Below, one piece after another: positions 19,544-30,394 of a DNA stretch of 64,000 bases. Position 1 is the stretch's first letter. Each line of letters opens with the position of its first letter. The notes below the pieces were generated by a model. The model saw nothing but the letters and a program-made list of their open reading frames with translations, ran no database searches and had not been told where the DNA came from. The stretch spans positions 448,001 to 512,000 of the forward strand of contig CBDCWI010000001.1 of assembly GCA_965223325.1 (NCBI GenBank), read 5' to 3'. This DNA comes from Candidatus Multivoradales bacterium (lineage in GTDB: Bacteria > Acidobacteriota > Thermoanaerobaculia > Multivoradales > Multivoraceae). The position numbers and the translations under genes are program-made.

Positions 19544-21937
19544 GTGAGAATCACCGAAGAACTGCAAGCAACGATCGACAACGCGATCGAAGAGGCGCGC
19601 GACCGGCGCCACGAGTACATAACGCTCGAACATCTCCTGATCGCCCTGTGCGCCGACCCGCAGGCGCTCGAGGTGCTCCAGGCAACGGGCGTCAAGGTCC
19701 GCAAACTGCTCGATGAGCTCGACCGCTGGCTCGACGAAACCCTGGAGACCGTCCCCGGCGGCCACGAGTTCGAACCCCGGCAGACGATCTCGTTCTGGCG
19801 CGTGCTGCAGCGTGCCGCGATGCAGGTCCAGGGCGCCGGCAACGAGGAGGTCGACTCCGGCCAGGTGCTGGCGTCGATCTTTCGCGAGGAAGACTCGCAG
19901 GCGGTCTACATTCTCCAGTCGCATGGCCTCTCGCGGCTCGACATCACGCGCTACCTATCGCACGGCATCACCCGCGACGGCATGCCCGCGCCGTCTGAGG
20001 TCGGTGCGGAGTTCGACGAAGAAGAAGAGCCCGAACGCGACCCGCTCCAGGTCTTCTGCACCGACCTAGTCGAGAAGGCTGCCGCCGGCAACATCGACCC
20101 GCTGGTCGGTCGCACCGATGAACTGCGCTTGATCATGGAAGCGCTCGCCCGCCGGCGCAAGAACAATCCGGTTCTGGTGGGTGACCCAGGGGTTGGCAAG
20201 ACGGCAATCGTCGAAGGGCTGGCGCTTGCCGTCCACGACGGTCAGGTTCCAAAGATGCTGCGTGACGCACGCCTCTTCGCACTCGACATGGGAGCGCTCC
20301 TGGCCGGCACCAAGTACCGCGGCGAGTTCGAACAACGCCTCAAGGCCGTCATCAATGCGGTGACCGAGGAACCGAATCACATTCTCTTCATCGACGAGAT
20401 CCACACCATCGTTGGCGCCGGGGCGGTCTCGAGCGGTTCTCTCGATGCATCGAACATCCTCAAGCCTTCGCTGGCGTCGGGCGAGCTGCGCTGCATCGGT
20501 TCGACCACCCACCAGGAGTATCGCGCTTCGTTCGACCGCGACCGCGCCCTCGGCCGCCGCTTCCAGCGCATTGACATCGAAGAGCCGAGCGTCGAGGACT
20601 CGATCGACGTGCTGAAGGGCCTGCGCTCACGCTACGAAGAGCATCACGACGTCAAGTACGACGACGAGGCTCTCGAAAGCGCCGCCGAACTGGCCTACAA
20701 GTACATCAACGAGCGCCGCCTGCCCGACAAGGCAATCGACGTCGTCGACCAGGCAGGCGCCGCCAACCAGCTGCGCGACTCCGATGTGCGCCTGGCCAGC
20801 ATCGGCAGCGAGGAGATCGAGTCAGTCGTTGCGCGCATCGCCAAGATCCCCGAGCGCTCGGTGTCGAAAGACGACCAGAACGCTCTCGCCGACCTCGAAG
20901 GCGAGCTCAAGAAGGTCATCTACGGCCAGGACACTGCCATCGAGCAGGTGGTCTCGGCGATCAAGCAATCGCGCGCCGGCCTCGGCCCTCTCGACCGACC
21001 GATCGGTTCGTTTCTCCTTTCTGGCCCGACCGGCGTCGGCAAGACCGAGCTCGCGCGGCAACTCGCCAGCACCCTGGGGGTCAACTTCGAGCGCTTCGAC
21101 ATGTCGGAGTACATGGAGAAACACACCGTCTCGCGCTTGATCGGCGCACCCCCCGGCTACGTCGGCTTCGACCAGGGCGGCCTCTTGACCGACGCAATCC
21201 GGCGCTCGCCGCACTGCGTCCTGCTGCTCGACGAGATCGAGAAGGCCCACCCGGATGTCTTCAACATTCTGCTGCAGGTCATGGATCACGCCACCCTCAC
21301 CGACAACAACGGCCGCAAGGCCGACTTCCGCCACGTGATTCTTCTCATGACCACCAACGCTGGCGGCCGCAAGCTGACCAGTAGGAGCCTCGGCTTCGGC
21401 GACGAGTCGGAGGCGATGAACGTCGAGGCTCAGTCGCGCCCCGAGATCGAGCGCCTCTTCAGCCCCGAGTTCCGCAACCGCCTCGACGCATGGATCGTCT
21501 TCGAACCGCTCGGCGACACATCGATTCGCAAGGTGGTCGACAAACTGGTTGGCGAGCTACAAGAGCAGCTCGAGCCCAAAGACGTCCAGATCAGCCTCGA
21601 GGATGGCGCCCGCGACTGGCTGGCAGAGAACGGCTACCAGCGCGAGTTCGGTGCCCGCCCCATGCGCCGTTTGATCGAAACCCAGATCAAGCGACGGCTA
21701 GCCGATGAGATTCTGTTCGGCGAGCTCGCCAACGGCGGCAAGGTGATCGTCGACGGGCCAGAGGACGAAGCGGCCGAAAAGCCGCTTCTCGAACTGCGCA
21801 TCGAAGCTTCGCCAGAACCCGAGAAGAAGGCCGAGGGGACGGGGCAAGCGAAGGCCGATCCGACGCCGGACGAACAAAGCCCCAACGACGAAGAGGGGGC
21901 CGGAGGCAATGACGAGGGAAGTGGCACCGTCCACTGA
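19544..21937 (+). CDS. clpA: ATP-dependent Clp protease ATP-binding subunit ClpA
   Basis: Clp_N domain and two AAA+ modules ('GDPGVGKT', 'GPTGVGKT'), no M-domain coiled coil, LGF loop, follows clpS. Confidence 0.95.
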   Translation: MRITEELQATIDNAIEEARDRRHEYITLEHLLIALCADPQALEVLQATGVKVRKLLDELDRWLDETLETVPGGHEFEPRQTISFWRVLQRAAMQVQGAGNEEVDSGQVLASIFREEDSQAVYILQSHGLSRLDITRYLSHGITRDGMPAPSEVGAEFDEEEEPERDPLQVFCTDLVEKAAAGNIDPLVGRTDELRLIMEALARRRKNNPVLVGDPGVGKTAIVEGLALAVHDGQVPKMLRDARLFALDMGALLAGTKYRGEFEQRLKAVINAVTEEPNHILFIDEIHTIVGAGAVSSGSLDASNILKPSLASGELRCIGSTTHQEYRASFDRDRALGRRFQRIDIEEPSVEDSIDVLKGLRSRYEEHHDVKYDDEALESAAELAYKYINERRLPDKAIDVVDQAGAANQLRDSDVRLASIGSEEIESVVARIAKIPERSVSKDDQNALADLEGELKKVIYGQDTAIEQVVSAIKQSRAGLGPLDRPIGSFLLSGPTGVGKTELARQLASTLGVNFERFDMSEYMEKHTVSRLIGAPPGYVGFDQGGLLTDAIRRSPHCVLLLDEIEKAHPDVFNILLQVMDHATLTDNNGRKADFRHVILLMTTNAGGRKLTSRSLGFGDESEAMNVEAQSRPEIERLFSPEFRNRLDAWIVFEPLGDTSIRKVVDKLVGELQEQLEPKDVQISLEDGARDWLAENGYQREFGARPMRRLIETQIKRRLADEILFGELANGGKVIVDGPEDEAAEKPLLELRIEASPEPEKKAEGTGQAKADPTPDEQSPNDEEGAGGNDEGSGTVH

Positions 21938-21954
21938 CACGGTACCTCCCCTTC

Positions 21955-23694
21955 GTGGCGAAGTTCTCCAGCCTATGCAGCGCTGCCCTATCTCGAAGCA
22001 CTCGGCAAGATAGGGCGGGCGGCTGGCCGGTGCTCGCCATCGCTGTCGTCCTGGTTGTGAGCGCGGCCTGCAGCGAGCGCGCCACCATCACCGCGACGGG
22101 TCAACCGGTCTCCGAGGAAGTCGAGACCTCTCTCGGAACCCTGCGTGGCGCCGTCCTCGAGGGCGTGCAGCCGGAGCCCGGCGCGCCCGAACGCGCCCGC
22201 CTGCTCGGTTTCATGGGGGTCCCCTTCGCCGCACCGCCGGTCGGGCCGCGGCGCTTCGAACCACCGCAGCCGGCGCGCGCGTGGCCGGGCACTCGCGACG
22301 CCACCCAGCCCGCCCCTGCATGCTGGCAACCCGAACCAGCCAGCGACTCCTTCTACGGCCACGGTCCAGACCACATGAGCGAGGACTGCCTCTACCTCAA
22401 CATCTGGACTCCGGCACACCAGAGCGGTGAACGGCTACCAGTGATGGTCTGGATCCACGGCGGCGGGCTCGTCTCTGGCCACGCCGGAGTCTGGGCCTAC
22501 GACGGCCAGTCGTTGGCGAGCCGCGGCGTGGTTGTGGTGACGGTTCAGTACCGCCTGGGACCGCTCGGGTTTCTGGCGCACCCGCTCCTGGCCGCTGATG
22601 GTGAAACCAGTCGTTTCAATCTCGGACTGCGCGACCAGATCGCGGCGCTCGAGTGGGTCGCCGCCGAGATCTCGAGCTTCGGCGGTGACCCCGACAACAC
22701 AACGATCTTCGGCGAGTCCGCCGGGTCCTCGAGTGTTCTGGCCCTGACCGCCACACCACGGGCCGCCGGGTTGTTCGCGCGCGCCATCGGCCAGAGCGGC
22801 GCCCCGCTACAACCCCGCGACCGGGTAGCTGATCTCTCGTCGCCAGGCCATGGTACGTACCTCGAGGCTCTCCGCGCAGCCGATCTCTTGCCGACCGAGA
22901 GCGCCTCGGAGCTCGAGGCGCTGCGTGCCCTCGCTCCAGCCGACTTCTTCGACCCGCGGGTCCTCGAGGCAGTTCGCAACATGTCCTTCGGGCCGATTCA
23001 AGACGGCGATCTCCTGGACGATCAGATCGGTGCCCGGCTCGAGCGCGGCGACATCGCGCGCATACCGATGATTCTGGGCTCGAACGAAGACCAGGCGAGC
23101 GTCTCTTACGACGCGGTCGCACCGGCCAGCGTTCCTGAATACCGCGAGTGGCTCGCTCTGACTTTCGGAGACTGGTCCGACGACTTCTACGGGCAGTACT
23201 CGGCAGTGACCGACGACCATGCCCGCGACGCCTTCCTGGCTCTCCACAGTGACCTCGACGTGGGCTGGCCGATGCGCCAGTGGGCTCTGAGCCTCGCCGA
23301 GGAAGAGGTCTCGGTGTGGTTCTATCGTTGGCGGCACGCGCCTCCATCCGAGGAACGTGAGCGCTGGGGTGCGTTTCACGGCGCCGAGATCCCCTATGTC
23401 TTCAGCAACCTGCATCGGCGTAGCCTCGCCACCGGCCGCCTCGAGATCGGCGAGACGGATCGGGACCGACGGCTGGCCGACACGATGGCGAGCTATTGGG
23501 TGCAGTTCGCCCGATCCGGAAACCCGAATGGCGATGGGTTACCGGAGTGGCCGGTTTTCGAGCCGCCCAACGAGACAGTCCTGCTGGTCGAAGACGAGGT
23601 CGGGGCCGGCACGCTCGGCGCCCGCCACCGCATGGCCCTGATCGAAGCCTGGCAGAAGCGCCCTACCGATCCGCGCTCGCGCGCGCACCCCTGA
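21955..23694 (+). CDS. Carboxylesterase type B (PnbA-like), probable lipoprotein
   Basis: 'SEDCLYLNIW', 'HGGG', nucleophile 'GESAG', 'FHGAE'; lipobox-like 'SAAC'. Start uncertain. Confidence 0.9.
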   Translation: MAKFSSLCSAALSRSTRQDRAGGWPVLAIAVVLVVSAACSERATITATGQPVSEEVETSLGTLRGAVLEGVQPEPGAPERARLLGFMGVPFAAPPVGPRRFEPPQPARAWPGTRDATQPAPACWQPEPASDSFYGHGPDHMSEDCLYLNIWTPAHQSGERLPVMVWIHGGGLVSGHAGVWAYDGQSLASRGVVVVTVQYRLGPLGFLAHPLLAADGETSRFNLGLRDQIAALEWVAAEISSFGGDPDNTTIFGESAGSSSVLALTATPRAAGLFARAIGQSGAPLQPRDRVADLSSPGHGTYLEALRAADLLPTESASELEALRALAPADFFDPRVLEAVRNMSFGPIQDGDLLDDQIGARLERGDIARIPMILGSNEDQASVSYDAVAPASVPEYREWLALTFGDWSDDFYGQYSAVTDDHARDAFLALHSDLDVGWPMRQWALSLAEEEVSVWFYRWRHAPPSEERERWGAFHGAEIPYVFSNLHRRSLATGRLEIGETDRDRRLADTMASYWVQFARSGNPNGDGLPEWPVFEPPNETVLLVEDEVGAGTLGARHRMALIEAWQKRPTDPRSRAHP

Positions 23695-23733
23695 GCAGGC
23701 GCACCCCTGAAACAGAAACCGCCCTGGTGCTCC

Positions 23734-25845
23734 TCAGGGAGCGCCAGTTGCCGGCGTGCCACTGGTGTCGGCGAAGCGTTCGAACCAGTCGAGAATCCTC
23801 GGCGTCACGCTCATCAAGAGCCGTGGCTCACGCGGACCGTGCGGCGTCCGTGGGTAGACGACCATCTCGGTCGGCACGCCACGCCGCTCGAGTGCAACGT
23901 AAAACTCCTGCCCCTGGGTGAAGGGCACCCGCAGGTCGTTGGCGCCGTGAATGACCTGGGTGGGCGTGGTGACGTTGGCAATGCGATAGATCGCCGAGTG
24001 CTTCTCGTACGACTCGTAGTCTTCCCAGACTTCCTTGCCACCCTGGTGCGCGACCAGGTAGTCCGGAATGTCGGTCGTGGTGACCATGCTCACCAGGTTC
24101 GGAAGTCCGGCGCCCATGCTGGCGGCGCGAAAACGATCGGTGGCAGTGACCGCCCAGGAGGTCATGTAGCCCCCGTAGCTCCAACCCATCAGGTAGAGTT
24201 CTTCGGGATCGCCGATTCCCTGTTCGATGACGTGATCGACGCCCGCCATCAGGTCTTCGAAGTCACCGAAGCCCCAGTCGCGCACGTTGGCGTAGCGAAA
24301 GCGCTTGCCGTACGAAGAACTACCGCGCGGGTTCGGTCGTAGGATTGCATACCCCTGTTGCGCGAAGGTCTGCAGCATGTAGATCGCCGGCGTACCGGTG
24401 AACCGTTCGCTGAAAACCCCGGCCGGCCCACCGTGCACATTGAGAATGAGCGGCACGCGCTTGCCGGAGCCCTTCTGGTAGCCAACCGGCAAGGTCAAGA
24501 GGCCCTCGATCTCGAGGCCATCCTTCGACTTCCACTGCACGATCGACGTCTCTCCGAGCGGCGGTTGTTCGATACCCGCGTGCAGATCGGTGAGCTTCGA
24601 ACGCTCTCCCGATTGCCGTGCCATCACGAAGACTTCAGGCGGTGTGTCGGGGTCTTCCCACGTAAAGGCGACACTCTGACCGGTGTAACTCATCGACAGA
24701 GAGCTGATCACACCGGTCGGCTCGTCGAACGACTGCGCCGGCAGGGGGCTTGGGCCTTTCACATCGAGGTCGTAGAGACGGCTGGTCGTGCGAAAGCCCT
24801 CAGAGATCAAGAGCGTCGTGTCACTCGTCCAGCCGAGCAGGCGCGCATTGCGATCAGGCGTGTAGGCAAGCCCCTTCGCCTCACCACCGGCACTCGCGAC
24901 CACCCACACGTCCGAGAGACCGACCCGCTCGACGCGACCACCGTGCGAAGTGAAGGCGACCCACTTGCCGTCGGGCGAGAAGAATGGCGACGTGTCGGTG
25001 CCCGGACGTTCCACCAGGGCGATGCGCGCGCCGGCCTCCTCCCCGTCGGCAGGAACCTTCGAGATGTCGGCGTGGATCGAACTGTTGATGCGTGGATCGG
25101 GCTGATGGGCGATCGCCAGCCACTTGCCGTCGGGCGACCAGGAAACGGCAGTGACGTGCACATCGTCGGCCAGGAGACACACCGCCTCACGCTCCTCGTC
25201 GGTCAGGTCGCTCGAGATACGCCACGGGCGAGTCATCTCGAAGTCGCTGTCGACGATGTACTCATCGCGTTTCTCCTTCTCACGCTCCTTCTTCTCGTCG
25301 CTTTTGGCATCGGGCCGCAGGAAAGCGATCGCTTCGCCGTCGGGCGACCAGCGAAAGCTGCTGATGCCGGTCTCTCCCGAGGTCAGAACGCGCGCTTCTC
25401 CACCGTCGACCGGCATGATCCAGATCTGGGTTTGTACGTCTTCGCCCTTGCCGCGCTTCGACAGGAACGCCAGGCGCTTGCCGTCGGGGGAGAACGCCGG
25501 CGACGTCGAAGATTGGTCGCCGTAGGTGTACTGACGACTCCAGCTGCCGTCGGAAGCGCCAACGAAGAGTTGCGAACGGTACTCGGACGTCTCGTCTTCC
25601 ATGATCGCCGCGCGGACCTCCCAGGCCACCAACGAGCCGTCGGGGGAGACCGCCGTCGAGCGCACGCTCTCGAACTGCATGGACAGCTCGGGGGTCCAGC
25701 CCCTGGCCGCATCTTCACCCTCGGCGGCAACGGGTAGGGCAATGCCAGAAAGGCCAACTCCGAGGAGTGCGATCGAAAGCAGCCCGACGCGCAGTGGTTT
25801 CGCGGATGCCAGGTTACGGGGCGGCAGAAGAGTGGCAAAGGTCAT
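23734..25845 (-). CDS. S9 family peptidase (dipeptidyl/acylaminoacyl peptidase) with beta-propeller
   Basis: Repeated 'SPDG' blades, 'HGGP', 'GWSYGG', 'HGANDLRVP', catalytic His; signal peptide. Confidence 0.92.
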   Translation of the reverse strand: MTFATLLPPRNLASAKPLRVGLLSIALLGVGLSGIALPVAAEGEDAARGWTPELSMQFESVRSTAVSPDGSLVAWEVRAAIMEDETSEYRSQLFVGASDGSWSRQYTYGDQSSTSPAFSPDGKRLAFLSKRGKGEDVQTQIWIMPVDGGEARVLTSGETGISSFRWSPDGEAIAFLRPDAKSDEKKEREKEKRDEYIVDSDFEMTRPWRISSDLTDEEREAVCLLADDVHVTAVSWSPDGKWLAIAHQPDPRINSSIHADISKVPADGEEAGARIALVERPGTDTSPFFSPDGKWVAFTSHGGRVERVGLSDVWVVASAGGEAKGLAYTPDRNARLLGWTSDTTLLISEGFRTTSRLYDLDVKGPSPLPAQSFDEPTGVISSLSMSYTGQSVAFTWEDPDTPPEVFVMARQSGERSKLTDLHAGIEQPPLGETSIVQWKSKDGLEIEGLLTLPVGYQKGSGKRVPLILNVHGGPAGVFSERFTGTPAIYMLQTFAQQGYAILRPNPRGSSSYGKRFRYANVRDWGFGDFEDLMAGVDHVIEQGIGDPEELYLMGWSYGGYMTSWAVTATDRFRAASMGAGLPNLVSMVTTTDIPDYLVAHQGGKEVWEDYESYEKHSAIYRIANVTTPTQVIHGANDLRVPFTQGQEFYVALERRGVPTEMVVYPRTPHGPREPRLLMSVTPRILDWFERFADTSGTPATGAP

Positions 25846-25923
25846 CGCGCAACTCCCTCTCTCTGGTTCTCGATTGTTGGCCGGTTCGTCAGGCCACGCT
25901 ATCAGCACGCCGGTTCGCAGCTG

Positions 25924-27471
25924 CTAGCGCTTGACCCGGTGATCGAGCCGGGTCTGGACCAGGTCGAGCCAGTGACAAAGAGTCGGCCGCGTGTCGCGCG
26001 GGTCGAGTAGATCGTGAACCGAGAACCACTCGGCTCTAGGAAACGCCGTGCGGCTCTTGGCAAACTTCTCCTCCAGCTTTCTCCGGTAGGCATCGGGGTC
26101 GGGGGCGGTGGCAATCTCCTTGCGATAGGCGACGGCGACTCCACCCTCGATCGGGAGCGGCCCGGTCTCGGCCGATGGCCAGCTGTAGACGCGCCCACCG
26201 GGACCGAAGTGAGCCGCGGCGGCGACACCGTAGGCCTTACGAACGATGATCGAAGCCCAGGGTACAGTCGAGCGCACGACCGCTGCGATCGCCTCCATGC
26301 CGTAGCGAATGGTGCCGGAGCTCTCAGAGGCTGAGCCGATCATGAACCCGGGCTCGTCGACGAAGCTCACGATTGGCAGGTGAAAGCGGTCGCAGAACTC
26401 GACGAAACGCTTGACCTTCTGCGCCCCTGCGGCATCCATCGCACCACCGACGAAGTGACCGTCGTTTGCCAGCACTCCGACCGCATGCCCATCGATGCGC
26501 GCCAGAGCTGTGATCTGTGAACGCCCCCAGAAGGGAGTGAGCTCGAAGAAGGTGTCGAAATCGACGACGTGACGCACCAGCTCGCGCATGTCGTAGAGGA
26601 AGCGGCGGTCGCGCGGCACGATGTCGAGCAAGCGCTCGGCGCGCCGATCACGCGTGTCGCTCGAACCTGGCTGTCTGAACGGCGGTCGCTCGCCGACATG
26701 GTTGGGAACGTAGGAGAGAAAGCGCCTGATGAGCTCGAAGACTTCGGATTCGGACTCGGCCAGGTTGTCGACGACCCCGTTCTGGGTGTGAACCTCGTAG
26801 CCGCCGAGTTCTTCCTTGCTCTTCTTCTCTCCCAGCGCGCGCTCGACCAGCGCTGGTCCTCCGATCAGCACCTGAGCGGTATCGCGAGTCATGACGTTCC
26901 AATGCGACGCCACCAGGCGAGCTGCCGGAAAGCCCGCCACCGCTCCGACGGCCGCCGAAATCACCGGCACCTCGTCGAGCACTCGCGCAATGCTCAGAAA
27001 ACGTGGCACCGAAAACACCGGGTCGCCGGCGGGCCTGGGCGCGCCGCTGGACTTCCCCGTTCCACGGACCGAACCCCCTCCGCCCTCGAGAAACCGAACC
27101 AGAGGCAGGCGGTACTCGAGCGCCAGGGTCTCGGCGTAGACGCTCTTGCGCAGGCCGGCCGGATTGGGTGAGCCGCCTCGCTGGGTGAAGTCCTCGCCGC
27201 CCACGACGCAGCGCCGACCGGCGATCAGCCCCGTGCCGAGGACGTAGTTGGCGGGCTGGAAGGCAACCAGTTCGCCCTCCTCGTCGTATTGAGCCGCACC
27301 CGCCTGGGGGCCTTCGTCGGCGAAGCTGCCGGGGTCTACCAGTGAGGCGATGCGCTCGCGTACGGTGAGTTTGCCGTAGGAATGCTGGCGTTCGACGGCC
27401 TCCTGGCCGCCCAGTTCCAACGCCATCTCCTTGCGGCGTGCTATTTCCTCCGCCTCGGGTCGCCAGGTCAC
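25924..27471 (-). CDS. Acyl-CoA carboxylase carboxyltransferase (beta) subunit
   Basis: 'GKLTVRERI..L.DPGSF', 'DFT.RGGS', 'DEPGFMIG'. Confidence 0.88.
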   Translation of the reverse strand: MTWRPEAEEIARRKEMALELGGQEAVERQHSYGKLTVRERIASLVDPGSFADEGPQAGAAQYDEEGELVAFQPANYVLGTGLIAGRRCVVGGEDFTQRGGSPNPAGLRKSVYAETLALEYRLPLVRFLEGGGGSVRGTGKSSGAPRPAGDPVFSVPRFLSIARVLDEVPVISAAVGAVAGFPAARLVASHWNVMTRDTAQVLIGGPALVERALGEKKSKEELGGYEVHTQNGVVDNLAESESEVFELIRRFLSYVPNHVGERPPFRQPGSSDTRDRRAERLLDIVPRDRRFLYDMRELVRHVVDFDTFFELTPFWGRSQITALARIDGHAVGVLANDGHFVGGAMDAAGAQKVKRFVEFCDRFHLPIVSFVDEPGFMIGSASESSGTIRYGMEAIAAVVRSTVPWASIIVRKAYGVAAAAHFGPGGRVYSWPSAETGPLPIEGGVAVAYRKEIATAPDPDAYRRKLEEKFAKSRTAFPRAEWFSVHDLLDPRDTRPTLCHWLDLVQTRLDHRVKR

Positions 27472-27546
27472 TGCGGCAAATTACCACGGCCTAGAAGAGC
27501 CGGAAGTGGGCCCCGAGCCTTCCCAATACTGCGCCCTGGGACGGTC

Positions 27547-27573
27547 TGTAACATCCAGGCTCGCCGCCTGTCT
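27547..27573 (+). promoter_or_regulatory. Possible ECF-type promoter upstream of the ECF sigma gene
   Basis: TGTAAC-N16-TGTCT resembles ECF -35 (AAC) and -10 (GTC) elements. Pattern match only. Confidence 0.3.
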
Positions 27574-27625
27574 CATCACTGAAAGTCGCGAGAACCCCCG
27601 ACCAGGGGTCCTTCCAAAAGCTTCC

Positions 27626-28204
27626 ATGAACCTCGATACCAATGAATGTGCCACGACCACGGAACCTGACGAGGGCTATGACTGGCGGGCCATTTTCGAC
27701 GAGCACTCCCCGGCCCTCTACGCCTTCCTGGCCAGCCGGACCAGGCGACGAGAGGACGCGGAGGACCTTCTCCAGGAGACCTTCGTGCGCGCCATTCGCG
27801 CAACCGGCTCGGTACGCGACCGCTCGCGCCTGCGCTCCTACCTCATGACGATCGCCAACAACCTGATGATCAACGACTACCGCAAGAAGCGCCCGATCAC
27901 TTTTGCCGACGCCGGTGACGCCGCCGACACCTTGCTGGCAATCACCGCAGCTCCTGTCGAGCCAACCGATGCGGCAGCACACTGGAACGACCTCGGTCGC
28001 GGGATCGAAGCTGCTGTCGAAGCCATGACACCTCCTCTCCAGCAGGCCTTTCGCCTCGGGGTCCTCGAACAACGGTCCTATGACGACATCGCGCGTGAAC
28101 TCGGCTGGACGCCCGGCCAGGTCAGGGTCAACGTCTTTCGTGCCCGCCAGAAGGCGATGGAGCAGCTCTCCAGTTTCCTACCTGGCGCTGGGCAGCCGGC
28201 GTGA
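27626..28204 (+). CDS. ECF-family RNA polymerase sigma factor
   Basis: Region 2 'DAEDLLQETFVRA', 'YLMTIANNLMINDYRK'; region 4 'SYDDIARELGWTPGQVRVNVFRAR'. Confidence 0.9.
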   Translation: MNLDTNECATTTEPDEGYDWRAIFDEHSPALYAFLASRTRRREDAEDLLQETFVRAIRATGSVRDRSRLRSYLMTIANNLMINDYRKKRPITFADAGDAADTLLAITAAPVEPTDAAAHWNDLGRGIEAAVEAMTPPLQQAFRLGVLEQRSYDDIARELGWTPGQVRVNVFRARQKAMEQLSSFLPGAGQPA

Positions 28205-28270
28205 AGGCCCCAACCGATTTGACCACCACGACCGCCCAATTCTCATTTTGAAACCCAACGGTATTGAGTC

Positions 28271-29029
28271 ATGAACGAGTTCCCAGTCACCCCAAGCGAG
28301 TCTCGAGACGCCCTCGAAGAGAACTATCAGGCGCGCATTTCCGCGCTGCTCGATGGTGAGCTGCCACAAGACCAGCTGATCGCGACCCTCGACTACCTGG
28401 TCGCGACGCCGGGCGCGCAGCGCTTCTACCGTCAGGCACGGGCCCTCGAGGGTCTCCTGGCTGCCGCCGACTCGAGCAGTGCGCGCGAAGTGACCCGCCG
28501 AGAGCACCGACCGTCCTGGCGCGATCTCGAAGAACGCCTGGAAACCGCCGATCAAAGTGACGACGGGTTCGAGCCTCCGGGGGTACCAGAGATCACACAT
28601 CACCGAGCCCGCAAGTCGAGCTTCACTTCGAGCGCCCCCGTCCGGCTCTTCTTCGCCGCCGCCGCCGGCGTGCTCATTCTGATGATCGGGCTCTCGTCCT
28701 GGCAGGTCTGGCAAAACGGCGGTGCGGGCCAGGAGCTCCCTGAGATTGCCCAGCTCGACTCGGTGACCGTCGGTGCTCGTGCCGGCGAAATGACCGACGG
28801 GCGGTTCCTCGACCTGGCGCGCGAGATCCTCGAATCCGATCGCCGCTATCGCCTCGAAATGCTCGCGCTGATGAGCGCCGTCGACGAGCAACCGCTGGTC
28901 GAGCGCACGACCGAAGAATCTCGCCCGGTCTCCGAGCGGCGGGGCGAGTCGACCCGCGACTACGACGAATCCGATTTCGACAACCGCAGCGAACACCTCC
29001 GAAACCGCCCACAGGTCAAGCTGTGGTGA
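28271..29029 (+). CDS. Putative membrane anti-sigma factor
   Basis: Directly after the ECF gene; 'ISALLDGEL' anti-sigma-domain start; one transmembrane helix. Confidence 0.7.
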   Translation: MNEFPVTPSESRDALEENYQARISALLDGELPQDQLIATLDYLVATPGAQRFYRQARALEGLLAAADSSSAREVTRREHRPSWRDLEERLETADQSDDGFEPPGVPEITHHRARKSSFTSSAPVRLFFAAAAGVLILMIGLSSWQVWQNGGAGQELPEIAQLDSVTVGARAGEMTDGRFLDLAREILESDRRYRLEMLALMSAVDEQPLVERTTEESRPVSERRGESTRDYDESDFDNRSEHLRNRPQVKLW

Positions 29030-29061
29030 TCAGCTGGAACGCCCAATCCGAAAGGCATGCC

Positions 29062-30330
29062 ATGAAGACCCAATCCACCCACTCGTTCTCCGTCGCGCTG
29101 CTGGCAGCCGTTGTCGCAACGCTCCTGTTGGCCGGACCGGCCGTCGCCCAACCGGCAGAGGCCGAGACGACCGACGCGTCGGGCTTCATCTACGGCACGG
29201 TGACCACCGACAAGGGCAAGAAGTTCACCGGCACCCTGCGTTGGGATGACGAGGAGGCCTTCTGGGGCGATCTCTTCAACTCCGCCAAGCAGGACATGCC
29301 CTGGCTCGACCGCTACCAGGACCGGAAAAAGCGCGACGATGAGGGCCGACAGATCAACGTGCTCGGCCGCAAGATCAAGCTCAACTGGGGCCACCACTCG
29401 ACCGGCCGGCAGTTCGTGGCGCGCTTCGGCGACATCAGCCGCATCGAGGTTCTCGGCGGCGACGAGGCCAACCTCTTCATGCGCGACGGCACCAAGGTGC
29501 ACGTCGAGGGTTCCGCTAACGACGTCTCGGCTGATATCGCCGTCGATGACGACGCGCTCGGTGAAGTCGTCGTGCCCTGGCGTCACATCGACACGATCGC
29601 GTTCGCCGACACCCCACGCGACGTCAAGACGCGCGGCTTTCGCCTGCACGGCATCGTCGAGACCACCGAAGGCACCTTCACGGGCTTTGTTCAATGGGAC
29701 AGCGAAGAGTGCCTGTCCTACGACAAGCTCGACGGCGACGACGGCGACGTCGATCTGTCGATCGACATGGGCAAGATCAAATCGATCGAGCGCGCCTCAC
29801 GGCGAGCGTCTAAGGTCACCCTCTGGGATGGTCGATCGATGGAACTCTCGGGTAGCAACGATGTCGACGACGACATTCGCGGGATTCTGGTCGAAGACGA
29901 GCGCTTCGGCCGCATCGAAGTCGATTGGGACGCCTTCCGTAAAGTCACCTTCAGCGGTGCCGGTGCCAGTGGCCCGAGCTACGCGAGCTTCAACAACCGC
30001 GGCCCGCTCCAGGGAACCGTGCGCGACACCGAAGGCAACATCTACCGCGGTGAGATCATCTTCGACCTCGACGAGGCCTATCCCTGGGAGATGCTCGACG
30101 GCGACAACGACGACATCTCCTACACCATCCCCTTTGGAATGGTCACTTCGGTTACACCGCGCGGCAGCGATGGCGCAACCGTCGTGCTTCGAAGCGGTGA
30201 AGAGCTGGTGCTCGAGGACACTCAGGACGTCTCCGACCGCAACGACGGCATCGTTGTCCTGCTCTCTGGCGACGAGTCGGTTCACGTCGACTGGGATGAT
30301 CTGGAGATCGTGACCTTCGACCACCAGTAG
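29062..30330 (+). CDS. Secreted acidic protein with three internal repeats
   Basis: Signal peptide, then three repeats starting 'G.V.T..G..F.G...(W/F)D..E'. Confidence 0.7.
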   Translation: MKTQSTHSFSVALLAAVVATLLLAGPAVAQPAEAETTDASGFIYGTVTTDKGKKFTGTLRWDDEEAFWGDLFNSAKQDMPWLDRYQDRKKRDDEGRQINVLGRKIKLNWGHHSTGRQFVARFGDISRIEVLGGDEANLFMRDGTKVHVEGSANDVSADIAVDDDALGEVVVPWRHIDTIAFADTPRDVKTRGFRLHGIVETTEGTFTGFVQWDSEECLSYDKLDGDDGDVDLSIDMGKIKSIERASRRASKVTLWDGRSMELSGSNDVDDDIRGILVEDERFGRIEVDWDAFRKVTFSGAGASGPSYASFNNRGPLQGTVRDTEGNIYRGEIIFDLDEAYPWEMLDGDNDDISYTIPFGMVTSVTPRGSDGATVVLRSGEELVLEDTQDVSDRNDGIVVLLSGDESVHVDWDDLEIVTFDHQ

Positions 30331-30394
30331 CCCCCGAGGAGTCATCGGCTGCGCCCGGGTCGGGGCCGCTTCGAATCCTCTGTATGCTGCGCCG

